A stretch of DNA of 60,447 bases from Octopus bimaculoides (GCF_001194135.2 NC_068992.1:53046510-53106956); one strand, 5' to 3'; positions 11,515 through 24,853 are shown, numbered from the stretch's first letter. Notes: generated by a model from the letters alone, not told the origin. A program made the numbers and translations.

Positions 11515-11694
11515 GGGAGAATGCACGAAAAAAACAACAACAGACGAGGACAGGTGGTGTAAACAACAAAAGGATGTATTAGTATGACGCTCGGGAATAC
11601 GGAAAGTCTTTGACGTTTCGAGCTACGCTCTTCAACAGAAAGAATACGGAGAAAGCAAGGAGAAAAACACGGAGAAAAAAAATTGAATGGTGTT
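11515..11694 (-). mobile_element. ~180-nt hammerhead-bearing interspersed element, copy 1 (3' end abuts (TA)n)
   Basis: Near-identical to 39863-40037; both copies end ...attctccc followed by (TA)n on the minus strand. Confidence 0.85.
11607..11643 (-). ncRNA. Minimal type-I hammerhead-like motif with variant core CUGUUGA
   Basis: TCTTT-CTGTTGA-A-GAGC-gta-GCTC-GAAA-CGTC-AAAGA. Perfect 5-bp stem I and 4-bp stem II, palindromic ACGU stem III, GUC site; A6 is replaced by U. Confidence 0.7.
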
Positions 11695-12288
11695 TGATAC
11701 ATATATGTGTGTATGTGTGAGTGTGTGTTCTGTGAATGGTCTTATGATTATATCTAAGTTGAAGCCTCACCAATAGCAGGATCTCTGAGTCTGGATAGGT
11801 TGGCGTTGGGAGGTGGTTTTGGTTTATTTCCACTATTTTGTCTACAGTGATAAACACAGTGAATGCCTATCATGAGGGTCGAACCTGCCCAAGCATATAT
11901 GAACTGGTAATAAACTTGCATTTAAACACATCACTATACAGCTTCTCCACCCCGTAACAAGACCTTAGATATTGTTGTTCTATCCGTATAACCAACACTG
12001 CATTCATAAGCTTATAATTGAAGGTACTCTAACAAAAACTGGTTTCAAAATTTGGCACAAGGCCAGTGTTCAAATGGTACTTTATTTTGTCAACATCAAA
12101 AGGATGAATGGCTAAATGGATCTCGACGGAGCTTGACTTTATAGTCATATAAACTCAAGGATTTTATGAAAAATATACTCAAACCCTAAACCTTCCGACG
12201 ACATTAGCATTGATGAATTCGCCCCAAGATTTTATTTCCTTATACTGTAGACATTCTTATTTAGATTTCTTAATTCCTACCCTTAGCA

Positions 12289-12332
<44 letters not shown>

Positions 12333-12636
12333 TACACGAACACAAACACACAAACACACACACACAAACGCACACATACGCAATTACGCACATGTGCAAG
12401 CACGCACACGCACACATACAGACAGGCACACGCATACAAATAATGGCGTCATTCCTCCAACTGTGTTTGTATATGTGTGCGTGTGTGATACTTACTTGAG
12501 TGCTGTATATCTATANNNNNNNNNNNNNNNNNNNNNNNNNNNNNNNNNNNNNNNNNNNNNNNNNNNNNNNNNNNNNNNNNNNNNNNNNNNNNNNNNNNNN
12601 NNNNNNNNNNNNNNNNNNNNNNNNNNNNNNNNNNNN

Positions 12637-12667
<31 letters not shown>

Positions 12668-12860
12668 GTATGCGTGTACTGCAATCAGAACACATCTTTG
12701 ATGTTTACGTGTAATATCCAAGTTTTCGGAGAACGTACATCAACTACGCTACAGTTAGTACTCTGTATATTTTACTTCTAATACACATTTTTCTATGATG
12801 TATTAGAAGTATATTTCTCATCTGTACATAAGTATGTGTGGATGTGTATATGCATGCATA

Positions 12861-12901
<41 letters not shown>

Positions 12902-12986
12902 TGCCTTTTCCTTATAAATATAAACATACTTATACACNNNNNNNNNNCACAGAGATTCATAAATAATGTATGTATATGCGTATATT

Positions 12987-13018
<32 letters not shown>

Positions 13019-14129
13019 TTATATGCACATAGGTAGAAGCAGAGACACATCTGATAGTGTATGTCTGTAAGTATCAACTCCTTTGCATGGACATATACTT
13101 ATATACTCATACATGAAAGACCATGTCTGTAAACATTGTCTCAGATAATTTCTATACACACGACTAATATTTAAATTAAGTGAGTCATGAAAGCATGAAG
13201 GAATTGCGATTCAGACTGGAAAATATCAACAACAAACAGAAAGACAAGTCTGTGAAGTTTATATCTAAGATTATTAATCGTTTTGTAGCACAAGACAGTA
13301 GAATATCTAATATTGCAGTGCACCAGAATAAATGTGTTACAATTTATAATTTTACCCTTGAATGCCAGACTGAATTTAAAAAACTGAGCTGTTGATTTCT
13401 TTTCATCCACTTAATAACAATGTCCAGGAGCAAACGTATACGTTGGCCAATTTAGATGGATGCTTTTATGTCGTTCATATAAATATGTGGTTTGTAGTCA
13501 ATGTAACATGTTATTATTTAGATTTATGATCGGTTAACTGGGTGCAGTGTTCAGACTTCTGACTAATAAAAAAAAGTTTGCGTATTCCGGTAACGATTTG
13601 AATATTTTTCCTTTTAGCTTCAATATTATATTACTTGACTTTGATTATCAACATCTCGCTATGATGTCTGTAAATGAAAAGGTTTCATTCATATATATAT
13701 ATATATATATATATATCATGTTACGCTAACAAGCGGCGCGCACAGTACGACTCGAATCAGATATAGAAAACTAATTCAAGTCGTTGTTTGTGTATCTGCA
13801 TCAGTAGAGTCTGAACCGGTTAGTTTGTACTGGCATTAAGTCGTATTATTATTTTATTCTTTTACTTGTTGCTGTCATATGACTGTAGACATGCTGGGGC
13901 AACACACAGTGATATTTTGAAACTATTTAATGCGTATGGTTCGTGTTTGCGTAATATATAATAGAAAATGTATCTATTACGTAAAATTTAGTGTATTAAA
14001 AAATTTTAGAAGAACATTCTGAAATGTTTTAACTGAGGAAGATTTGCGTAATGGGTGCATTTCTTGTTATTGTATTACGCAAAACTGAACCGCACGTATT
14101 AAATGATTTCCAAATATCCTTGCTGCTAT

Positions 14130-14610
14130 AGACACAAGGTTTGAAATTGTGTTTGAAGGAACAAGCCGATCACGTGGACCACAGCACTTCATTGGTACTT
14201 AATTTATTGAGTCAGAAATGAGGAAAGGTGAAGTCGACCCCGGTTGTATTTGATATAAGAAGGTAAAGACAGACGAAATGACGCTAAGCATCAGCACATT
14301 ACTACGGCGTGATAACAATTCAGCCCACTCATCGCAATAATAATAATTCGATGTAATTGACTTAATCATTTTGTCTGTCCTTGTTTGTCTCCTCTATGTT
14401 TAGTCCCCTGCGGGCAATAAAGAAATAAGAAACGTTAGCACGCCGGGGGAAATGCTTAGCGGTATTTCGTCTGTCTTTACGTTCTGAGTTCAGATTCCAC
14501 CGAGTTCGACTTTGCCTTTCATCCTTCGGGATCGATAAATTAAGTGCCAGTTACGTACTGGAGTCGATCTAATCGACTGGATCCCTCCTCCAAAATTTCG
14601 GGCTTTGTTA
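14130..14610. mobile_element. Cluster of SINE copies (minus-strand copy ~14130-14340, plus-strand copy ~14430-14610)
   Basis: cgttagcacgccgggggaaatgcttagcggtatttcgtc...gagttcgactttgcctttcatccttcgggatcgataaattaagtgccagtt is a well-preserved Deu/Nin-type central domain. Confidence 0.8.
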
Positions 14611-15405
14611 AAGAACAGGGGCACTAGAAAATAAGGAGCGGAGGGGGCAGTCCGTCCTGGGTGGCACTTTTATGGGGGTAGCACTACTTTTGGGTTTGCT
14701 GTAGGCAATATATATTTTGGGCGGGGTGGAGCACACACACTAGCTACGCTAGTGAACACAGTAATTGTAAAATTAACATTTAAATATTTATATATTATCT
14801 GAATCAATAATATTGCAAATATACTACGATATTTCGTGATGCAATTTCTTCTTTTACGAAATAATATAGAAACGGTGCATCTTTTTAGACCATTGCACTT
14901 ATTTTAAGGCATAAAACAATAAGTTTGATATTATCTGTACACTATACAAGTGAATGTGCTCAAAGTTGTCTCAGCAGTAAATAAACGCATTAAATAAATG
15001 AAGTAAAATATACCCTGATTTTAAAGTATACTGTATAATTATTCTCTATAACATAGACAGAAGGCCTGAAACTTTAGGGGAAGGGTATAGTAGTGAACAG
15101 GTACGTTGTTTTCCATCCGGAAAGGACGAAAGGTGAAGTCGACCTAATGATAATAAAATGCGGTAGCATTTTTTTCCATTCGAATCTTGAATAGAAAAGG
15201 TTGAAGCTTGGAGATATGCAACTGGATTTTAAAAGTGGTCTTGAATATAGAAAATATTACAATAAGGAAAAGAGTAGGAAATGTATGTATGTTTCATAGT
15301 AGAAAAAAACGGAAGTTGTGTAGAAAAATATTTAGCACATTTCGGTGGAGCTGAACACGTGTAAGAATTAGCATACACCTAGCAAACATAACATATAATA
15401 CTACA

Positions 15406-15462
<57 letters not shown>

Positions 15463-15653
15463 GTGCTTATGTCTATGTGTCTCCTTTTATACATACGTAT
15501 ATGCACAAACAGAAGCGTATATATACATACTTCAACATACAGTAGTCAAATTTATGACAAGAATTGACCTTTTAAATGAGGCAGAGAGTAAGAAAGAGGA
15601 AAAGGGGACGGACGGCAGGAGGTAGAGTGAAAGAGAAACAGGGAGCTAGGGTG

Positions 15654-15690
<37 letters not shown>

Positions 15691-15696
15691 GAGAGG

Positions 15697-15745
<49 letters not shown>

Positions 15746-17739
15746 AGTGAAAGACAGACAGGAAGAGAGAAAACAAAGAATCCTTAATGGAAATTATACC
15801 TACGTTGCTATGGAAATTATCCTAAGGCATTGAATATTCTATATGGTACATCGAGATGTCTCATTTCATATTTCATTGTTGTCATGTGAATATTGAACTG
15901 GAAAATAATGACTGCCACTTATTACACCATAGACAAGTGTTTACCGTTCGTAACATACTGCATTTTGGATTGTCCGCATCAAATATTCTTTACGGTCAAA
16001 TAATGACATATTTAATTTCTACATTTATCATCCATTCCCAACATAATTTCATAGCAACACCCAGAAGGAGCTCTTTGTCTTTCCACGTATCAAATATTAT
16101 GTTTCACGAACATTTCTCATTTACTATATCATCATTCTTTCACCTGAATTTTAGATCCAACTCCAGTGTATTTTCACATAATATAACTAAATAGTCACTA
16201 ACAGTTATAACATACGTTCAGAAAGAAATCTAAGGCGCTCCAACTTGGGACTTTTAATTATTTAATTCACCGGTATGTTATGTTAATTTCAAATGATTTA
16301 AATTGTTAGATATATTTCAAAAGAAACCAGTATTCATTTCTGAAGTTGTAATATATCTCGTTTCATATATTTTGTAAAAAAGAATTATGAGGAATAATGT
16401 ATATCACACACACTGAGTCATACATTAAACTTTTAAATAAAATGTTTAAAAAATACATCATCAAATTGGAGAAAATATTTTGTTTTCCCTCGATAGATTT
16501 CTACAAAGGCTAATTCTGGCAACTCTACAAATACATTGTACGAAAACTTCAATATTTTTTCTTTTTCCTTGGCATTCCTTAAGAATATAGTTCCTTTGCT
16601 AAATCATCTATGCCTGCTTTTCTTATTCATTCTTATAGGAATCTATTTTCCACGTAATTTTCTTTGCAAGATTAATTTGTTATGTGTATTTTAAAATCTT
16701 CTGAATTTAACTTGTATCTTAAGTCGTGGTGACATTTTTATTAGATACCTATAAATATTCAAACACATCTTGACTTTATTCTACACTCAAATGAATAGAA
16801 GAAACAATGATTTTCAAAGAAAATCATTTGACCATAACTTGAATATCGAATCAAAGAAAAAGTTATGACACCAATTCTTTTATTAAATGAGTAACGTTTT
16901 TAATAATTCTTTTCAGAAGCAGAATTGCAATAACATGAAATTTAAGGAAGATCTTGCTAATAAATTTAGTGGGTTGAGTGACTGTTCACAAGCTACAATT
17001 TTGACTCATTTTAAATTCTTAACAACCACTATACGATAAAGATCAAATTTGATGAATCGAACTTGCTTTTATACACTATGTAGTGTCTCATTTGAAAGAA
17101 ATATGGCACAAAATCTTTCGCAAGCATTTGTAATTGAGGGAGATATTTCAGTCAGATTATTCCAGTATTTAGAGGCAAGATGCGCCCTCACTTCGTTACT
17201 TTATTTTCCAAAAGTGTGTATTCATTAATATTACATCAATTGTTATTTTTGTTACGTGGTTTCAAATTTTACAACACATATACAGAAGGTTCGTCGTGTA
17301 ATTCTGAGAAATGACCAAATAATTTCATCATTAGTTCCTGCATGTAATATTATATATCCGAAAATGTACGATACGTGTTACTAAGATATATTTCCTGTAT
17401 ATCTTATATCAATCCCGTTGTATTTATCGTATTGCTAACGATATAATTAACATAAAATTTCAGTGGACATCTTTTAGGTTTTCTTTTTTAGTTTATTTCA
17501 ATAGAATTTCCATATTATCATCTAATAAGCCAGAAACTCGTTGCAAATGTGTGTGTGTGTATGTCTTCTGCGTGCGTACGTGTGTGTGCGAGTGTGTGTG
17601 TGCGTGCGCGTGTGTGTGTGTGTATGTGTGTGTGTGTGTGTTTTTGTGAGAGTGTGTGTGTGTGAGCCTGTATCTAAAGTTTTTCTGTATTTCAAGCTTT
17701 GAGTAACACTTCAAATAAATTACGTACGCAAAATGTTTA

Positions 17740-18790
17740 TTCATCAAACTATAAAGCATCACATTCTACTGTTTGTTGCCATCGTTGTGCCAGAAGCTGA
17801 ATTCCACACTTACAACATTTGGTTGGTTTATAGATAATAAATCTTCATGCGCCCAATTTCTACCTCATTCTCATTATTTTACCTCTGTCCGTACGTACAA
17901 GAAATTAGCTATGATTTGGAGAAAGTGTCAATCTGGTATCAGAAAGTCTGTACTTTAAGTAGGGTGAAGCAGAACTACAAGATTCTCAAGTTTCTCAAGT
18001 TCCTCAACTTCGCGCTGGTTTACATTCAGCGCTTGTTCTGGGGTATTGTTATGTTATACTAGTGCGTGTCTCCGCTTGACCACTGCTGGGTAATAGGTTT
18101 TGTGAGCATGATATACTCACTGCAGTTGCTGAGCTTGACGTTGAGCGTTCACAGCATGAACATCTCAAAGAACAACACCGCCTCAAAATTCCACCAAGAT
18201 GATCTTCTGTTCAGAAGATCTTCTGCCCTTGTATGATAACAGGTTCTGAAACCTGAGCCGAACAGAGCTAGTGATTTGTCTTATTAGGATTATCAAAATA
18301 GACTCATGTTTCATTCTCAGTTACAATTCAACACTAAAACCTGGTATTTTAAGGATTCGCCAGCAGTTGTTTCCAAAGGTTCCCATGTCGTTGAGCCTGA
18401 TCTTTGGCCAGTTAATGAGGAAACGTCTCATGAGTGTTTGCTCACAAGGTCATGGTTAAATTGAAGTGTGTTTGTGGTACATTGTGCAGGAGCAAGTTCT
18501 GCCAACAATGTATCAATGCTTTTGCTTGGCAGTTGCTCAACCATTTCCAACAACGCCACATCTGTCAGAACAGTTCTCATTAATGTTGTGTGACTTTGAG
18601 ACTGGTGTCAACTTCCTTGAAACGTTTGGACCAGTTTTCTACCACACGTTCGTTGACTGTTCCTAAGCATTCCATGTCAATAATATTGTTCGCCGCTTCC
18701 CTAGCACTGGGTCGTTTTTCCACAGCGTAAAATGTTTCTAATTGCAGTTTTTTACCACTCATTATGACAGATGTAATATAAATAATATAC
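17740..18790 (-). mobile_element. Decayed mariner transposon, near full length
   Basis: N-terminal HTH region (AREAANNI...VNERVVENWSKRFKEVDTSL), then relic WWNFEAVLFFE, an HNN (HDN-like) motif and an HPxxSxD-like motif in mariner order, with many stops and frameshifts. TIRs not resolved. Confidence 0.8.
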
Positions 18791-19844
18791 AGTTCAGCAA
18801 CTATTAGATCACAAGTTGTATCAAATTAATGACACAAGACGGANNNNNNNNNNNNNNNNNNNNNNNNNNNNNNNNNNNNNNNNNNNNNNNNNNNNNNNNN
18901 NNNNNNNNNNNNNNNNNNNNNNNNNNNNNNNNNNNNNNNNNNNNNNNNNNNNNNNNNNNNNNNNNNNNNNNNNNNNNNNNNNNNNNNNNNNNNNNNNNNN
19001 NNNNNNNNNNNNNNNNNNNNNNNNNNNNNNNNNNNNNNNNNNNNNNNNNNNNNNNNNNNNNNNNNNNNNNNNNNNNNNNNNNNNNNNNNNNNNNNNNNNN
19101 NNNNNNNNNNNNNNNNNNNNNNNNNNNNNNNNNNNNNNNNNNNNNNNNNNNNNNNNNNNNNNNNNNNNNNNNNNNNNNNNNNNNNNNNNNNNNNNNNNNN
19201 NNNNNNNNNNNNNNNNNNNNNNNNNNNNNNNNNNNNNNNNNNNNNNNNNNNNNNNNNNNNNNNNNNNNNNNNNNNNNNNNNNNNNNNNNNNNNNNNNNTA
19301 TATATATATATATGTATATATATGCATGGATACATGCCTACGCACACATACATATACACACATGTATATGTGCGTGTGTTATTTTTGCGAGATTGTTACA
19401 CCTACTTCCGATGGAAACGTTTGTGTGCAACGTAACAGGAACTTGGAAGCTAGAGCTACGGCGTGACGAACGCATATTGTGCGAAATAATTGCAAAAATA
19501 TTTAAACTTTTAATATGTTGAATGGTGATTTATTGCTAAATCCGTTTGCTGCTAGCAAAGCATGATGCGATATTAATACCATATTTCAGTTAACAAAAAT
19601 AATAAGTTTATCTTCAAACCACCCTGTCAGAAGAAATCATAAATTAGATCAAGGGGCAAAAGGAACAGAGTTTATAAAAGCAACATCGATATATATAAGT
19701 TAGACAATGTTCTGATAGGTTCTTGGGTTATTCAATACAGATTTACGCAGTTGGATTCTTTATGGGAATTTATATAGAGTAAAAGTACATTACTATCGTT
19801 TCATTGATCTGACTACATGAAAAGATTCACATATACAATAACGC

Positions 19845-20460
19845 TTTTAAATATTGGCACAATGCTGGCAATTTCGGGGAGTGGGTATGTCGATTACAAT
19901 GACACAAGCATTCAAATGGTACGTGATTCTTTGACACCGAAAGTCGATCTCTGCGGGACTTGAGGGAGAAAATACCACTAAGCATTTCGCCCAGTGTGCA
20001 AGCGATTCTGTTGGCCCACCGTCTTATTTAAATATGTAATGTTAGTTTCAAATTATGGTACGAAGATAGGAGTTTTGGAAGGAGTGTTTAATTGGTCCCA
20101 GTGCTTAACTGCTATTTATTTCATCGATTCTGAAAGGAATACAGACAAAATCGATCTCGGCAGAATTAGAACTTAGAACACAAAAACGGAGAAAATGCTG
20201 CTAAGCTTTTTATTCGGCGTGCTAACAATTCTGCTAGCTCACCGCTTTATTCACATATGTAATATTAGTTTCAAATTTTGGTAGAAGGCCAGCGATTTCG
20301 GGGTGGGGGAAAATCGATTACATCGGCCCCATTACTCAATTGGTACTTATTTTATCTACCTCGAAATTATGAAAGGAAAAGTCGACCTCGACAACATTTG
20401 AACTCATAAAGTAAAGAAGCATTTTGCCAGGCGTGCTAACGATTCTGCCAATTCGCCGTT
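19845..20460 (-). mobile_element. Three tandem degenerate SINE fragments (Deu/Nin-domain type)
   Basis: Repeated tggtacttattt...gaaaggaaaagtcgacct...gctaac(g/a)attctgc blocks at ~19845, ~20090 and ~20265. Confidence 0.75.
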
Positions 20461-22349
20461 TTGTTCGCATAAGTAATATTACCATTAAATGTAAAATGCG
20501 AGTTAACATAAGTATTAATATAATAATACTTCGCAATAAATTTCAAATAAATATTTATATATTGTACATGAAATATATCTGGGACATCGACCTAGTGTAT
20601 ACATGTATAAAAATTCGACCTACTTGTTTTCTAGTAATATGTTAGTTGCCGTAATTTTTTTGTTGGTAGTCGCAGAAACTCTTGTATGTCAGTCTGTAAG
20701 ATTGTCATGCGAAAAATATTAACGTAAAAGTTTTCAATGCAGTAATATTTGCCTTTACATATATTAATGTAAAGCATCTTTGATTATGTTACCTTATGAA
20801 ATTAGTTTATGAACCGAACTCTGAGTAATCCAATGATGGTAAAACCCAAGTGCAATATTCGGTATTTAAAGACTACTATAAATTAACTTGACATATATAT
20901 ATATATTGATGTAACAATTTTATCATGAATTTAGATTTTTGTTTTTTTATATTATCGTTTTAAATATTTTACCGTTAACATATGACATTTTAGATTCAAT
21001 CAAATTAATGTAATCAATATATTTTTTGGCTTGCAACTCTGTCAACAAAAGGATTATGCTGCGCTATAATCCCTTGACATTTTCAATATAATCTGACCAT
21101 GAACGAGAAATGTGTGGATAAAGACGAAAATGTAAAATATATCTATAGTTTCATAGTTTCGATTTTTATCTGGCATTTTGAAGTAAACCTTAACAAAATC
21201 AAAGGAAAGGTAATTCATCTTTTAAAGTCGATTCTAGTTCTCGAATATATCATAAAATATCAGTGTTGCAATTGTCATATTTATCATCATGTAATTATGA
21301 TAGTTTACATCAAGATAATAAATCATGTGGGTTTTCATTAAATGGAGGCCTACATTAAGATGTTCCTTACCAGATTGTAAGAATATTATATTCAGTTTTA
21401 TAGCAAATAGCAGCTACGATATTTTGTTTTAATTTTCACTCTGGTGACATTTATTGCAAGCGTGCAACTTTCATTGATGTATCAAGTAAGTATTTTTAAC
21501 GCGAAAACATAAAACATGCAATAACGCTATCAAAATTCATGATTTATCTACTACGTTCGTAAATGCGAAAATGTGTATATGTTAATGTAAATCGTTTACT
21601 AACAAGCCTTATATCACTGAATATTTTCATACATGTTCAAAGAGATATACACACGCTGATACAACTTATTATCTTGCCTCCTATTAATTATTTTCTAACG
21701 AAAATTTTCAGTGCTAGTAAGTCAGTCAATTTACAGTTATTTTAATTGATGGTCCATATTCTTTTTTTTTTTTTAGAATACTGAGAGAAAACAAAGTTGT
21801 TTTTTAAAGATAAAACTTATGTATTGTTGCCAAAAAGATTTTAGTTTCTTTATTCAGTACGAATGAGCAGGGATAAAAAGAAAAAAAGAGACTCATTGCC
21901 AACAATCCCAAACCTGAGAGAAATAATCTCTAAAGTAAGAACAGCCAAGCATAGTGTAAATGTTTTCATTTCTTTCTCAATTAATAGGAGAAAGTCAATG
22001 ATGCATTGGCAGACTGTCAGAACATTAGTGGAATCAAAGTCTTCTGATTCAGCAAGATGGACAATGATATATTTCAGATCATTTAGTAATTTCTTTTCAT
22101 ATCATTTAAGCATAATATTGATTCTAAACTGGTGTACCAGCTAATAACAATACATTATTTAATATGAGCTGGTGCCAGAACCTGCAAAACACCACTGGCG
22201 ATCACGAATACAGAAAATTCTTTTCCATAACAAAGAATATTAAATGCGGATACTGAGAATGGAGATACATGCACTGACATGAGATATAGTTCAATAGTCC
22301 TATAAAGAATGAACGCATCTACATAGAGTTTAGGAGGATCAAAATATAT

Positions 22350-22645
22350 TTGTTGCTGTTTGTTCCTTCTCGAGCCATGCCTGGCTCATACGGACCCGAT
22401 TCACGGTTTTATTGGCGTAAAGGTTCCCCACCTGGACGGGACACCGGTCCGTCGCACGTGAGCTGCTAGATGCAGGAAGAAAGTGTGAGAGAAATTTGTG
22501 CCGAAAGAGTCAGCAGAAGTTCGTTATTACTTGCGTGGAGCTTAGGTGTTTCGCTCATAAATACACTCATCACCCGGTTTCAGATACGAACCTACGATTC
22601 CTCGACCGCGTGTCCGCTGCTCTAATCACTAGGCCATGTGCCGCC
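22350..22645 (-). mobile_element. tRNA-derived SINE, full length, with an (AAC)-like tail
   Basis: Head ggcacatggcctagtgattagagc (A box) and ggttcgtatc (B box); body includes gacggaccggtgtcccgtccaggtggggaacc; tail gaacaaacagcaacaa. Confidence 0.8.
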
Positions 22646-23992
22646 ACAAAAATATATTTACTTACTAAAATTTCTAAGGCAAAATTAAGATTTGAAATCA
22701 TTTATGTATACTAATGCAACATAAAAAAAAAATTATATAATAGTGCACGATGATAAACTTTGATATCACAGTCTTCACACTATATCCACAATTTGATACG
22801 TGTAGTTTTAGTTGTAGTGAAGACTTCACAATTCAGTTGTTATACTAATGTTAAAAACATTCGAGAGTGTATTACATAGGGAAGAGGCTTAAATGCTACT
22901 TATAGCAAATTAGATAACCACAGAGAAGCAACTGCGTTTGGCCATATTTGTTCTATTCGTTCTCTAATTAGAATACGCATTAAAAAATTAACTACGTTAC
23001 TCAAATACCCATTTCTATATCACATTACATAGATTGGTACTATATTCAAATATGAGACACAGATATGTATCAATATTATGGAGTTGGAGTTCATTTCCAG
23101 AGTATGTCTATGTTTTTCCCTTTAACCCTTACCTAAATACAAAGCAGTTTGTATTCTAGATATTTCGGTAAACGATATACAGTAGCCAAACAATCATTGC
23201 TCTACCTGGTGTGCACATGTCTAGCTCTAGATTAGCAGCGATGCACCTCCAACCCATTAGATTGTGTCAAAAATAACAGGGGAATATTAAAACATACATT
23301 CATAAATACGATTTGGTTAAGGAATGGAAGCATAGATAACAAATGGAACGTTCTTGATTTGGTCTATTCCATCAGGTCAAAAGTGTTCCTGAGTAATTTG
23401 GAGAACAACGCAGGGTTAATGTTTCCTACTTGTTTTGATCTATCTACATACGATCACATGCCACTCCATTCAATTCTTTTTTATTTTATTTTATATCAGT
23501 ACACATATTGTTTAAGAAATTAACCCAGTAATTTCTTTCGAATATTATGCTTGTTTGCAATAAATTTATAGTCCATAATTTTTCATCGGAGATCGATCAG
23601 AATAAAATAAATTCGAAGATCAATTACAATACCTAGATCACTATGAAAGAGTGTGAAACGATTATTGGTGTGAAACTATTTTTGATACTAGCTAATAAAA
23701 TGAAAAACATTGTATTTCTGTTTTATATATATTATGTTTCTTATTGACAAATATGTATGTAGATATAATTTCCCTTGTAATTTATTATTTAGCAATATTT
23801 ATAATGTAAAATGGAATATAAAATGGTTGCTTATCTAGATAACCCATCAAGATGTTTAAAGCTTCCGCTATATTTATAAATTACATAGTTTCCTGATTAT
23901 TGTCGTTCTTCAGAAGATTATCTAAAATGCTACATACATGTATATACGCATGCACGTACATACACACAGACAAACACAGACACACAGACACA

Positions 23993-24031
<39 letters not shown>

Positions 24032-24238
24032 ACACACTCACATACACACACACACACACACACNNNNNNNNNNNNNNNNNNNNNNNNNNNNNNNNNNNNN
24101 NNNNNNNNNNNNNNNNNNNNNNNNNNNNNNNNNATATATATATATATATACATATATATATATGTATGCGTGTTTGTCTGTATGTGTGCATACGTATTCA
24201 TATGAAAGTAAAACCATATTACCTAATAAATATATAAA

Positions 24239-24402
24239 AGCGCAGTAGTGGCTGTGTGGCATGTAACTTGTTTACCAACAACATGGTTCCGGGTTCAGTC
24301 TAATTCCTTGGCACCTTGGGCAAGTCACTTCTACGATAGCCTCGGGCCAACCAAAGCATTGTGAGTAGATTTGGTAAAGGGAAATTAAAAGATCCTGTCG
24401 TA
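24239..24402 (+). mobile_element. tRNA-derived SINE, 5' half only
   Basis: Colinear with the first 160 nt of 24439-24853; stops at the internal microsatellite position. Confidence 0.85.
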
Positions 24403-24438
24403 AATATATATATATGTGTGTGTATGTGTGTATGTGTA

Positions 24439-24619
24439 GGCGCAGGAGTGGCTGTGTTGTAAGTAGCTTTCTTACCAACCACATAGTTCCGGGTTCATTC
24501 CCACTGTGTAGCGCCTTGGGCAATGGTCTTCAACTATAACTCGGACCGACCAAAGCCTTGTGAGTGGATTTGGTAGACGGAAACTGAAAGAAGCCCGTCG
24601 TATATATGTATATATATAC

Positions 24620-24653
<34 letters not shown>

Positions 24654-24853
24654 GTGTGTATGTGTGTGTCTGTGTTTGTCGCCCCAACATCGCTTGACAA
24701 CCATTGTTGGCGTGTTTACGTCCCCGTAACCTAGCGGTTCGGGAAAAGAGACCGATAGAATAAGTACTAGGCTTCTAAAGAATAAGTCGTGGGGTCGATT
24801 TGCACGACTAAAAACGGTGCTCCAGCATGGCCGCAGTCAACTGACTGAAACAA
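24439..24853 (+). mobile_element. tRNA-derived SINE, full length, with an internal (TA)n(TG)n tract
   Basis: Pol III-like head ggcgcaggagtggctgtg...ggttcattccc, then body, internal microsatellite, and 3' end ccagcatggccgcagtcaactgactgaaac. Confidence 0.88.

Noticed and set aside
14610-14756. Possible MITE ending in ctagctacgctagtg
   Set aside because: Only one terminus is visible; no matching inverted repeat or target-site duplication.
22560-22645. tRNA-like sequence (likewise 24439-24510 and 44050-44110)
   Set aside because: It has A/B boxes but no complete cloverleaf and continues into SINE bodies; these are SINE heads, not tRNA genes.
23887-23912. Minus-strand CTGAAGA...GAAAC
   Set aside because: Stem II is unpaired and there is no cleavage triplet in register.
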